From NCBI RefSeq assembly GCF_009914755.1, contig NC_060948.1: a DNA stretch of 64,000 nt; one strand, given 5' to 3'. The notes below the pieces were generated by a model, which was not told where the DNA came from, made no database searches, and saw only the letters and a list, made by a program, of their open reading frames with translations. Below, one piece after another: positions 28,515 to 42,777 of the stretch; the first letter of the stretch is position 1, and every line of letters starts with the position of its first letter. The stretch comes from the human T2T-CHM13v2.0 reference genome, Homo sapiens. A program made the translations under genes and the position numbers.

Positions 28515-31500
28515 GGAGTCAAATGGAATGGTCTGGAATGGAATGAACACGAATGTAATGCAACCCAATAGAATGGAATCGAATGGCATGGAATATAAAG
28601 AAATGGAATCGAAGAGAATGGAAACAAATGGAATGGAATTGAATGGAATGGAATTGAATGGAATGGGAACGAATGGAGTGAAATTGTATGCAGTAGAAGA
28701 GAATAGAATGGAATGCAAGCGAAAGGAAAGGAATGGATTGGAATGGAATGGAATTCATTGGAATGGAAGGGAATGTAGTGTAATGGACAGGCCTGGAATA
28801 AAGTGGAATGCTACGGTCTCGAATGGAATAAAAATGTATGGAATGGAATGCAATGAAACGGAATCGAATGTCATAGAATGTAATGGAATGCAAAAACATG
28901 GAATCCAAAATCATTGACTGGAAAGGCTGGGTGTCGAAAGGAATTGACTCCAATGGAATGGAATCGAATGGAATGGAAGTGAATAGAATCGAACTAAATC
29001 GAATGGAATGGAATTGATAGGAACGGAATGGAAAGGAATGCAATGATTTGGCATGGAATGGAATCGAATGGCATCGAATGGAATGGAATGGAATGCAATG
29101 GAATGGAATGTATTAGAATGTAATGAACTTTAATGGAATGTACTCGAATGGATTCGACTGGAATGGAATGTTCTGGAAGTGAATGGACTCCAATGGAATG
29201 GATTCAAAAGGAATGGAATCGTACGGAATGGAATCTAATGGAATGCAATTAAATGGAAATGAATCAAATTGAATAGCACGGAATTGAATTGAATGGAATG
29301 GAATGCAATGGAATCTAATGAAACGGAAAGGAAAGGAATGGAATGGAATGGAATGGGCTGGAATGGAAAGGAATCGAAACGAATGGAATGGAATCGAACT
29401 GAAGAGACTGGAATGGAATGCACTGGAATGGAAGGGAGTGTAATGGAAGGTTCTCGAAAAAAATGGAATCGAATGGAATGGAATTGAATGGAACGGAGTA
29501 GAGTCGAATGGAATTGAATGGAATGGAATGGACTAGAGTGAAATGGAATCGAACCACAAGGAATGGACAGGAATAGAATGGTCTCGAATTGAATGGAATC
29601 GTATGGAATGGCATCAAACGGAATGGAATGGACAGCCACGGAATGGAATGCACTCGAATGCAATGGAGTCGAAACTAACGGACTGGAATAGAATGGACTC
29701 GACTGGTACGGACTCCAATGGAATGGAATCGAATGGAAGGGATTCGAACGGAAGGGAATCGAACGGAATGGACTCGAAGGGAAAAGACTGCAATGGAAAG
29801 GTCTCGAATGGAATGGAAATTAATGGAATGGAATGGAATCGAATGAAATGGAGTCAAAAGGAATGGAATCGAATGGCAAGAAATCGAATGTAATGTAATC
29901 GCAAGGAATTGATGTGAACGGAACGGAATGGAATGGAATCCAAAGGAATGGAATAGAATGGAATGGAATCGAATGGAAAGGACTCGAATGGAAATCACTC
30001 GAATAGAATGCAATTTAATAAAATAGGAACAAATGTAAAGGAATGGAATGGAAAGGAATCGAAACGAAAGGAATGGAGACAAATGGAATGGAATAGAACA
30101 GAGAGCAATGGTATAGAATGGAATGGAATCATCTGGAATGGAATTGAATGGAATGGAATAATATGAAATGGATTGGAATGGAATGGAATGGAATGCCCTT
30201 GAATTAAATGGACTGGAATGGAATGGACTCGAACAGAGTGGAATGGAAAGTGTTGAGATAGAATGGAATGGACTCCTTTGGAATGGTGTACTATGCAATG
30301 CAATCGACTGGCAGGGAATCAAAAGGAATGTAATCGAATGGATTGGACTGGAATGCAATGGACTCGAATAGATTGCAAACGGAATGCAAAGGAATGGAAT
30401 GGAATAGTATGGAATGGAATGGAAATGAATGGAGTGGAATAGACTAGAGTGGAATGGAATGGACTGGAAAGCAATGGACTGGAATGGAACTTTCTTGAAT
30501 GGACTGGAATCAAACGGAATGGAATGCAATGCAATCAAATGGCATGGAATAAAATAGAATGAAAGAGAATCAAATGGAATTGAATCGAATGGAATCGAAT
30601 GGATTGGAAAGGAATAGAATGGAATGGAATGGAATTGACTCAAATGGAATGGACTAGAATGGAATGGATTCGAATGGAAGGCAAAGGAATGGAATCTATT
30701 GGAATGGACTGTAATGGAATGGAATGGAAGGGATTGGAATGGACTCGAATGGAATGGACTGCAATAGAAAGGATTCGAATGGAATGAAAAAGAATTGAAT
30801 GGAATAGAACAGAATGGAATCAAATCGAATGAAATGGAATGGAATAGAAAGGAATGGAATGAAATGGAATGAAAAGGATTCGAATGGAATGCAATGGAAT
30901 GGAATGGAATCGAACGGAATGGAATAAAATGGAAGAAAACTGGCAAGAAATGGAATCGAAATGAATGGAGCGTTATGGAACGGACTCAAAAGGAATTGAA
31001 TGTAATAGAATGGAGTGGAGTGGACTCGAATATAATAGACTGGAATGGAATGAAATCACATGGAATGGGAACGAATGGAATGGAATGGAAAGGAATGGAA
31101 TCGAATGGAAAGGAATCGAATGGAAGGGAATGAAATTGAATCAACAGGAATGGAAGGGAATAGAATAGACGGTAATGGAATGGACTCGAATAGAATGGAC
31201 ACGAATGCTCAAATTGAATGGACTCGAATGGAATGGAAACGAAAGGAATGTCATCGAATGGAATTGAATCGATTGGAATGAAATCACATAGAATGGAGTG
31301 GAATCAAATGGAATTGAATCGAAAGGAAAGGAAGCGAATGGACTGAAATGAAATGGAATGGAATTGAATGGAAAGTAATGCAATGGAATAGAATGGAACG
31401 AAATTTCACGGAATGGAATCAAACTGAATGGAATCAAATCAATGGAATCCAATCAAATGGAATGGAGTAGATTGGATTGGATGGGATTGGAATGAAATGT

Positions 31501-32078
31501 ACTGGAAAGGACTCGAATTTCATGAAACGGAATGGAATGAATTGGAACGGAATGGACTCGAATGGAATGGAATGTCATAGAATGGCATCAAATGGAATGG
31601 CATCAAATGGAATGGAATCGAATGCAATGGAATGCTATGGAATGGAATGGAATGCATTGGAATGGAATGTCCTCTAATGGAATGGATTCGAGTGGAATGG
31701 AATCGAATATAATGGAGTCGAATGAAATGGAATTGAAAGGAATGGGATCGAATACAATGGAATATACTGGAATGTAATGTAATGAACTCGAATGTAATTG
31801 ACTGGAATGGAATGTACATGAATGGAATGTAATCGAATGGAAAGTAATCCAATGGAATAGAATCTAATGCAATAAAATCGACTCAGATAGAGTAGAATGT
31901 AATGGAATGGAGTGCAGTGCAATGGAATGGAATGGAATGGAATGCAATGGAATGGAATGGAATGGAATGGAATGGAATGGAATGGAATGGGATGGAATGG
32001 TATGGAATGGATAGTAATGGACTGGAGTGAAATGGACTGGAAAGGAATGGACTCAAATTGAAAGGGCTCGAAAGGAAT
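28515..32078 (+). repeat. DYZ1 monomer 9 (3564 bp)
   Basis: Landmark recurrence; 15-bp duplication at 29735-29764 and 15-bp deletion near 31466. Confidence 0.92.
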
Positions 32079-35000
32079 GGAGTCAAATGGAATGGTCTGG
32101 AATGGAATGAACACGAATGTAATGCAATCCAATAGAATGGAATCGAATGGCATGGAATATAAAGAAATGGAATCGAAGAGAATGGAAACAAATGGAATGG
32201 AATTGAATGGAATGGAATTGAATGGAATGGGAACGAATGGAGTGAAATTGTATGCAGTAGAATGGAATAGAATGGAATGCAAGCGAAAGGAAAGGAATGG
32301 ATTGGAATGGAATGGAATTCATTGGAATGGAAGGGAATGTAGTGTAATGGACAGGCCTGGAATAAAGTGGAATGCTACGGTCTCGAATGGAATAAAAATG
32401 TATGGAATGGAATGCAATGAAACGGAATCGAATGTCATAGAATGTAATGGAATGCAAAAAAATGGAATCCATAATCATTGACTGGAAAGGCTGGGTGTCG
32501 AAAGGAATTGACTGCAATGGATTGGAATCGAATGGAATGGAAGTGAATAGAATCGAACTAAATCGAATGGAATGGAATTGATAGGAACGGAATGGAAAGG
32601 AATGCAATGATTTGGCATGGAATGGAATCGAATGGCATCGAATGGAATGGAATGGAATGCAATGGAATGGAATTTATTAGAATGTAATGAACATTAATGG
32701 AATGTACTCGAATGGATTCGACTGGAATGGAATGTACTGGAAGTGAATGGACTCCAATGGAATGGATTCGAAAGGAATGGAATCGAACGGAATGGATTCT
32801 AATGGAATGGAATTAAATGGAAATGAATCAAATTGAATAGCACGGAATTGAATTGAATGGAATCGAATGCAATGGAATCTAATGAAACGGAAAGGAAAGA
32901 ATGGAATGGAATAGAATGGGCTGGAATGGAAAGGATTCGAAACGAATGGAATGGAATCGAACTGAAGAGACTGGAATGGAATGCACTGGAATGGAAGGGA
33001 GTGTAATGGAAGGTTCTCGAAAAAAATGGAATCGAATGGAATGGAATTGAATGGAAAAGAATAGAGTCGAACGGAATTGAATGGAATGGAATGGACTAGA
33101 GTGAAATGGAATCGAACCACAAGGAATGGACTGGAATAGAATGGTCTCGAATTGAATGGAATCGTATGGAATGGCATCAAACGGAATGGAATGGACAGCC
33201 ACGGAATGGAATGCACTCGAATGCAATGGAGTCGAAACTAATGGACTGGAATAGAATGGACTCGACTGGTACGGACTCCAATGGAATGGAATCGAATGGA
33301 AGGGAATCGAACGGAATGGACTCGAAGGGAAAAGACTGCAATGGAGAGGTCTCGAATGGAATGGAAATTAATGGGATGGAATGGAATCGAATGAAATGGA
33401 GTCAAAAGGAATGGAATCGAATGGCAAGAAATCGAATGTAATGGAATCGCAAGGAATTGATGTGAACGGAACGGAATGGAATGGAATCCAAAGGAATGGA
33501 ATAGAATGGAATGGAATCGAATGGAAAGGACTCGAATGGAAATCACTCGAATAGAATGCAATTTAATAAAATAGGATCAAATGTAATAGAATGGAATGGA
33601 AAGGAATCGAAACGGAAGGAATGGAGACAGATGGAATGGAATGGAACAGAGAGCAATGGTATAGAATGGAATGGAATCATCTGGAATGGAATTGAATGGA
33701 ATGGAATAATATGAAATGGAATGGAATGGAATGGAATGCCCTTGAATTAAATGGACTGGACTCGAACAGAGTGGAATGGAAAGTGTTGAGATAGAATGGA
33801 ATGGACTCCTTTGGAATGGTGTAGTATGCAATGCAATCGACTGGCAGGGAATCAAAAGGAATGTAATCGAATGGATTGGACTGGAATGCAATGGACTCGA
33901 ATAGATTGGAAACGGAATGCAAAGGAATGGAATGGAATAGTATGGAATGCAATGGAAGGGAAGGGAGTGGAATAGACTAGAGTGGAATGGAATGGACTGG
34001 AAAGCAATGGACTGGAATGGAACTTTCTTGGATGGATTGGAATCAAACGGAATGGAATGCAATGCAATCAAATGGCATGGAATAAAATAGAATGAAAGAG
34101 AATCAAATGGAATTGAATCGAATGGAATCGAATGGATTGGAAAGGAATAGAATGGAATGGAATGGAATTGACTCAAATGGAATGGACTAGAATGGAATGG
34201 ATTCGAATGGAAGGCAAAGGAATGGAATCTATTGGAATGGACTGTAATGGAATGGAATGGAAGGGATTGGAATGGACTCGAATGGAATGGACTGCAATAG
34301 AAAGGATTCGAATGGAATGAAAAAGAATTGAATGGAATAGAACAGAATGGAATCAAATCGAATGAAATGGAATGGAATAGAAAGGAATGGAATGAAATGG
34401 AATGGAAAGGATTCGAATGGAATGCAATCGAATGGAATGGAATCGAACGGAATGGAATAAAATGGAAGAAAACTGGCAAGAAACGGAATCGAAATGAATG
34501 GAGTGTTATGGAACGGACTCAAAAGGAATTGAATGTAATAGAATGGAGTGGAGTGGACTCGAATATAATGGACTGGAATGGAATGAAATCACATGGAATG
34601 GGAACGAATGGAATGGAATGGAAAGGAATGGAATCGAATGGAAAGGAATCGAATGGAAGGGAATGAAATTGAATCAACACGAATGGAAGGGAATAGAATA
34701 GACTGTAATGGAATGGACTCGAATGGAATGGACACGAATGCTCAAATTGAATGGACTCGAATGGAATGGAAACGAAAGGAATGTCATCGAATGGAATTGA
34801 ATCGATTGGAATGAAATCGCATAGAATGGAGTGGAATCAAATGGAATTGAATCGAAAGGAAAGAAGCGAATGGACTGAAATGAAATGGAATGGAATTGAA
34901 TGGAAAGTAATGCAATGGAATAGAATGGAACGAAATTTCACGGAATGGAATCAAACTGAATGGAATCAAATCAATGGAATCAAATCAAATGGAATGGAAA

Positions 35001-35635
35001 GGAATTGAATGGAGTAGATGGGATTGGATGGGATTGGAATGAAATGTACTGGAAAGGACTCGAATTTCATGAAACGGAATGGAATGAATTGGAACGGAAT
35101 GGACTCGAATGGAATGGAATGTCATGGGATGGCATCAAATGGAATGGCATCAAATGGAATGGAATCGAATGCAATGGAATGCTATGGAATGGAATGGAAT
35201 GCATTGGAATGGAATGTCCTCTAATGGAATGGATTCGAGTGGAATGGAATTGAATATAATGGAGTCGAATGAAATGGAATTGAAAGGAATGGGATCGAAT
35301 ACAATGGAATATACTGGAATGTAACGTAATGAACTCGAATGTAATTGACTGGAATGGAATGTACATGAATGGAATGTAATCGAATGGAAAGTAATCCAAT
35401 GGAATAGAATCTAATGCAATAAAATCGACTCAGATAGAGTAGAATGTAATGGAATGGAGTGCAGTGCAATGGAATGGAATGGAATGGAATGCAATGGAAT
35501 GGAATGGAATGGAATGCAATGGAATGTAATGAAATGGAATGGAATGGGATGGAATGGTATGGAATGGATAGTAATGGACTGGAGTGAAATGGACTGGAAA
35601 GGAATGGACTCAAATTGAAAGGGCTCGAAAGGAAT
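32079..35635 (+). repeat. DYZ1 monomer 10 (3557 bp)
   Basis: Landmark recurrence; 1-bp deletion at 32899. Confidence 0.92.
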
Positions 35636-38600
35636 GGAGTCAAATGGAATGGTCTGGAATGGAATGAACACGAATGTAATGCAACCCAATAGAATGGAAT
35701 CGAATGGCATGGAATATAAAGAAATGGAATCGAAGAGAATGGAAACAAATGGAATGGAATTGAATGGAATGGAATTGAATGGAATGGGAACGAATGGAGT
35801 GAAATTGTATGCAGTAGAAGAGAATAGAATGGAATGCAAGCGAAAGGAAAGGAATGGATTGGAATGGAATGGAATTCATTGGAATGGAAGGGAATGTAGT
35901 GTAATGGACAGGCCTGGAATAAAGTGGAATGCTACGGTCTCGAATGAAATAAAAATGTATGGAATGGAATGCAATGAAACGGAATCGAATGTCATAGAAT
36001 GTAATGGAATGCAAAAAAATGGAATCCAAAATCATTGACTGGAAAGGCTGGGTGTCGAAAGGAATTGACTCCAATGGAATGGAATCGAATGGAATGGAAG
36101 TGAATAGAATCGAACTAAATCGAATGGAATGGAATTGATAGGAACGGAATGGAAAGGAATGCAATGATTTGGCATGGAATGGAATCGAATGGCATCGAAT
36201 GGAATGGAATGGAATGCAATGGAATGGAATGTATTAGAATGTAATGAACTTTAATGGAATGTACTCGAATGGATTAGACTGGAATGGAATGTTCTGGAAG
36301 TGAATGGACTCCAATGGAATGGATTCAAAAGGAATGGAATCGTACGGAATGGAATCTAATGGAATGGAATTAAATGGAAATGAATCAAATTGAATAGCAC
36401 GGAATTGAATTGAATGGAATGGAATGCAATGGAATCTAATGAAACGGAAAGGAAAGGAATGGAATGGAATGGAATGGACTGGAATGGAAAGGAATCGAAA
36501 CGAATGGAATGGAATCGAACTGAAGAGACTGGAATGGAATGCACTGGAATGGAAGGGAGTGTAATGGAAGGTTCTCGAAAAAAATGGAATCGAATGGAAT
36601 GGAATTGAATGGAACGGAATAGAGTCGAATGGAATTGAATGGAATGGAATGGACTAGAGTGAAATGGAATCGAACCACAAGGAATGGACAGGAATAGAAT
36701 GGTCTCGAATTGAATGGAATCGTATGGAATGGCATCAAACGGAATGGAATGGACAGCCACGGAATGGAATGCACTCGAATGCAATGGAGTCGAAACTAAT
36801 GGACTGGAATAGAATGGACTCGACTGGTACGGACTCCAATGGAATGGAATCGAATGGAAGGGAATCGAACGGAAGGGAATCGAACGGAATGGACTCGAAG
36901 GGAAAAGACTGCAATGGAAAGGTCTCGAATGGAATGGAAATTAATGGAATTGAATGGAATCGAATGAAATGGAGTCAAAAGGAATGGAATCGAATGGCAA
37001 GAAATCGAATGTAATGGAATCGCAAGGAATTGATGTGAACGGAACGGAATTGAATGGAATCCAAAGGAATGGAATAGAATGGAATGGAATCGAATGGAAA
37101 GGACTCGAATGGAAATCACTCAATAGAATGCAATTTAATAAAATAGGATCAAATGTAATGGAATGGAATGGAAAGGAATCGAAACGAAAGGAATGGAGAC
37201 AGATGGAATGGAATGGAACAGAGAGCAATGGTATAGAATGGAATGGAATCATCTGGAATGGAATTGAATGGAATGGAATAATATGAAATGGAATGGAATG
37301 GAATGGAATGGAATGCCCTTGAATTAAATGGACTGGAATGGAATGGACTCAAACAGAGTGGAATGGAAAGTGTTGAGATAGAATGGAATGAACTTCTTTG
37401 GAATGGTGTAGTAGGCAATGCAATCGACTGGCAGGGAATCAAAAGGAATGTAATCGAATGGATTGGACTGGAATGCAATGGACTCGAATAGATTGGAAAC
37501 GGAATGCAAAGGAATGGAATGGAATAGTATGGAATGGAATGGAAAGGAATGGAGTGGAATAGACTAGAGTGGAATGGAATGGACTGGAAAGCAATGGACT
37601 GGAATGGAACTTTCTTGAATGGACTGGAATCAAACGGAATGGAATGCAATGCAATCAAATGGCATGGAATAAAATAGAATGAAAGAGAATCAAATGGAAT
37701 TGAATCGAATGGAATCGAATGGATTGGAAAGGAATAGAATGGAATGGAATGGAATTGACTCAAATGGAATGGACTAGAATGGAATGGATTCGAATGGAAG
37801 GCAAAGGAATGGAATCTATTGGAATGGACTGTAATGGAATGGAATGGAAGGGATTGGAATGGACTCGAATGGAATGGACTGCAATAGAAAGGATTCGAAT
37901 GGAATGAAAAAGAATTGAATGGAATAGAACAGAATGGAATCAAATCGAATGAAATGGAATGGAATAGAAAGGAAAGGAATGAAATGGAATGAAAAGGATT
38001 CGAATGGAATGCAATCGAACGGAATGGAATCGAAGAGAATGGAATAAAATGGAAGAAAACTGGCAAGAAATGGAATCGAAATGAATGGAGTGTTATGGAA
38101 CGGACTCAAAAGGAATTGAATGTAATAGAATGGAGTGGAGTGGACTCGAATATAATGGACTGGAATGGAATGAAATCACATGGAATGGGAACGAATGGAA
38201 TGGAATGGAAAGGAATGGAATCGAATGGAAAGGAATCGAATGGAAGGGAATGAAATTGAATCAACAGGAATGGAAGGGAATAGAATAGACGGTAATGGAA
38301 TGGACTCGAATAGAATGGACACGAATGCTCAAATTGAATGGACTCGAATGGAATGGAAACGAAAGGAATGTCATCGAATGGAATTGAATCGATTGGAATG
38401 AAATCGCATAGAATGGAGTGGAATCAAATGGAATTGAATCGAAAGGAAAGGAAGCGAATGGACTGAAATGAAATGGAATGGAATTGAATGGAAAGTAATG
38501 CAATGGAATAGAATGGTACGAAATTTCACGGAATGGAATCAAACTGAATGGAATCAAATCAATGGAATCAAATCAAATGGAATGGAAAGGAATTGAATGG

Positions 38601-39198
38601 AGTAGATGGGATTGGATGGGATTGGAATGAAATGTACTGGAAAGGACTCGAATTTCATGAAACGGAATGGAATGAATTGGAACGGAATGGACTCGAATGG
38701 AATGGAATGTCATGGAATGGCATCAAATGGAATGGCATCAAATGGAATAGAATCGAATGCAATGGAATGCTATGGAATGGAATGGAATGCATTGGAATGG
38801 AATGTCCTCTAATGGAATGGATTCGAGTGGAATGGAATCGAATATAATGGAGTCGAATGAAATGGAATTGAAAGGAATGGGATCGAATACAATGGAATAT
38901 ACTGGAATGTAATGTAATGAACTCGAATGTAATTGACTGGAATGGAATGTAATCGAATGGAAAGTAATCCAATGGAATAGAATCTAATGCAATAAAATCG
39001 ACTCAGATAGAGTAGAATGTAATGGAATGGAGTGCAGTGCAATGGAATGGAATGGAATGGAATGCAATGGAATGGAATGGAATGGAATGGAATGGAATGG
39101 AATGGAATGGGATGGAATGGTATGGAATGGATAGTAATGGACTGGAATGAAATGGACTGGAAAAGAATGGACTCAAATTGAAAGGTCTCTAAAGGAAT
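35636..39198 (+). repeat. DYZ1 monomer 11 (3563 bp)
   Basis: Landmark recurrence; 15-bp duplication at 36856-36885 and 15-bp deletion near 38950. Confidence 0.92.
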
Positions 39199-42100
39199 GG
39201 AGTCAAATGGAATGGTCTGGAAAGGAATGAACACGAATGTAATGCAATCCAATAGAATGGAATCGAATGGCATGGAATATAAAGAAATGGAATCGAAGAG
39301 AATGGAAACAAATGGAATGGAATTGAATGGAATGGAATTGAATGGAATGGGAACGAATGGAGTGAAATTGTATGTAGTAGAAGAGAATAGAATGGAATGC
39401 AAGCGAAAGGAAAGGAATGGATTGGAATGGAATGGAATTTATTGGAATGGAAGGGAATGTAGTGTAATGGACAGGCCTGGAATAAAGTGGAATGCTACGG
39501 TCTCGAATGGAATAAAAATGTATGGAATGGAATGCAATGAAACGGAATCGAATGTCATAGAATGTAATGGAATGCAAAAAAATGGAATCCAAAATCATTG
39601 ACTGGAAAGGCTGGGTGTCGAAAGGAATTGACTCCAATGGAATGGAATCGAATGGAATGGAAGTGAATAGAATCGAACTAAATCGAATGGAATGGAATTG
39701 ATAGGAACGGAATGGAAAGGAATGCAATGATTTGGCATGGAATGGAATCGAATGGCATCGAATGGAATGGAATGGAATGCAATGGAATGGAATGTATTAG
39801 AATGTAATGAACTTTAATGGAATGTACTCGAATGGATTGGACTGGAATGGAATGTTCTGGAAGTGAATGGACTCCAATGGAATGGATTCAAAAGGAATGG
39901 AATCGTACGGAATGGAATCTAATGGAATGGAATTAAATGGAAATGAATCAAATTGAATAGCACGGAATTGAATTGAATGGAAAGGAATGCAATGGAATCT
40001 AATGAAACGGAAAGGAAAGGAATGGAATGGAATGGAATGGACTGGAATGGAAAGGAATCGAAACGAATGGAATGGAATCGAACTGAAGAGACTGGAATGG
40101 AATGCACTGGAATGGAAGGGAGTGTAATGGAAGGTTCTCGAAAAAAATGGAATCGAATGGAATGGAATTGAAAGGAACGGAATAGAGTCGAATGGAATTG
40201 AATGGAATGGAATGGACTAGAGTGAAATGGAATCGAACCACAAGGAATGGACAGGAATAGAATGGTCTCGAATTGAATGGAATCGTATGGAATGGCATCA
40301 AACGGAATGGAATGGACAGCCACGGAATGGAATGCACTCGAATGCAATGGAGTCGAAACTAATGGACTGGAATAGAATGGACTCGACTGGTACGGACTCC
40401 AATGGAATGGAATCGAATGGAAGGGAATCGCACGGAAGGGAATCGAACGGAATGGACTCGAAGGGAAAAGACTGCAATGGAAAGGTCTCGAATGGAATGA
40501 AAATTAATGGAATGGAATGGAATCTAATGAAATGGAGTCAAAAGGAATGGAATCGAATGGCAAGAAATCGAATGTAATGGAATCGCAAGGAATTGATGTG
40601 AACGGAACGGAATGGAATGGAATCCAAAGGAATGGAATAGAATGGAATGGAATCGAATGGAAAGGACTCGAATGGAAATCACTCGAATAGAATGCAATTT
40701 AATAAAATAGGATCAAATGTAAAGGAATGGAATGGAAAGGAATCGAAACGAAAGGAATGGAGACAGATGGAATGGAATGGAACAGAGAGCAATGGTATAG
40801 AATGGAATGGAATCATCTGGAATGGAATTGAATGGAATGGAATAATATGAAATGGAATGGAATGGAATGGAATGGAATGCCCTTGAATTAAATGGACTGG
40901 AATGGAATGGACTCAAACAGAGTGGAATGGAAAGTGTTGAGATAGAATGGAATGAACTTCTTTGGAATGGTCTAGTAGGCAATGCAATCGACTGGCAGGG
41001 AATCAAAAGGAATGTAATCGAATGGATTAGACTGGAATGCAATGGACTCGAATAGATTGGAAACGGAATGCAAAGGAATGGAATGGAATAGTATGGAATG
41101 GAATGGAAAGGAATGGAGTGGAATAGACTAGAGTGGAATGGAATGGACTGGAAAGCAATGGACTGGAATGGAACTTTCTTGAATGGACTGGAATCAAACG
41201 GAATGGAATGCAATGCAATCAAACGGCATGGAATAAAATAGAATGAAAGAGAATCAAATGGAATTGAATCGAATGGAATCGAATGGATTGGAAAGGAATA
41301 GAATGGAATGGAATGGAATTGACTCAAATGGAATGGACTAGAATGGAATGGATTCGAATGGAAGGCAAAGGAATGGAATCTATTGGAATGGACTGTAATG
41401 GAATGGAATGGAAGGGATTGGAATGGACTCGAATGGAATGGACTGCAATAGAAAGGATTCGAATGGAATGAAAAAGAATTGAATGGAATAGAACAGAATG
41501 GAATCAAATCGAATGAAATGGAATGGAATAGAAAGGAATGGAATGAAATGGAATGAAAAGGATTCGAATGGAATGCAATCGAATGGAATGGAATCGAACG
41601 GAATGGAATAAAATGGAAGAAAACTGGCAAGAAATGGAATCGAAATGAATGGAGCGTTATGGAACGGACTCAAAAGGAATTGAATGTAATAGAATGGAGT
41701 GGAGTGGACTCGAATATAATGGACTGGAATGGAATGAAATCACATGGAATGGGAACGAATGGAATGGAATGGAAAGGAATGGAATCGAATGGAAAGGAAT
41801 CGAATGGAAGGGAATGAAATTGAATCAACAGGAATGGAAGGGAATAGAATAGACGGTAATGGAATGGACTCGAATAGAATGGACACGAATGCTCAAATTG
41901 AATGGACTCGAATGGAATGGAAACGAAAGGAATGTCATCGAATGGAATTGAATCGATTGGAATGAAATCGCATAGAATGGAGTGGAATCAAATGGAATTG
42001 AATCGAAAGGAAAGGAAGCGAATGGACTGAAATGAAATGGAATGGAATTGAATGGAAAGTAATGCAATGGAATAGAATGGAACGAAATTTCACGGAATTG

Positions 42101-42777
42101 AATCAAACTGAATGGAATCAAATCAATGGAATCAAATCAAATGGAATGGAAAGGAATTGAATGGAGTAGATTGGATTGGATGGGATTGGAATGAAATGTA
42201 CTGGAAAGGACTCGAATTTCATGAAACGGAATGGAATGAATTGGAACGGAATGGACTCGAATGGAATGGAATGTCATGGAATGGCATCAAATGGAATGGC
42301 ATCAAATGGAATGGAATCGAATGCAATGGAATGCTATGGAATGGAATGGAATGCATTGGAATGGAATGTCCTCTAATGGAATGGATTCGAGTGGAATGGA
42401 ATCGAATATAATGTAGTCGAATGAAATGGAATTGAAAGGAATGGGATCGAATACAATGGAATATACTGGAATGTAATGTAATGAACTCGAATGTAATTGA
42501 CTGGAATGGAATGTAATCGAATGGAAAGTAATCCAATGGAATAGAATCTAATGCAATAAAATCGACTCAGATAGAGTAGAATGTAATGGAATGGAGTGCA
42601 GTGCAATGGAATGGAATGGAATGGAATGCAATGGAATGGAATGGAATGGAATGGAATGGAATGGAATGGAATGGAATGGAATGGAATGGGATGGAATGGT
42701 ATGGAATGGATAGTAATGGACTGGAATGAAATGGACTGGAAAAGAATGGACTCAAATTGAAAGGGCTCGAAAGGAAT
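39199..42777 (+). repeat. DYZ1 monomer 12 (3579 bp)
   Basis: Landmark recurrence; EcoRI site mutated (GAATTT 39435-39440). Confidence 0.92.

Noticed and set aside
29675-30946. Longest ORF (423 aa, minus strand)
   Set aside because: It is a chance fusion after loss of a stop in one monomer; the equivalent ORF is 144-313 aa in other copies and low-complexity throughout.
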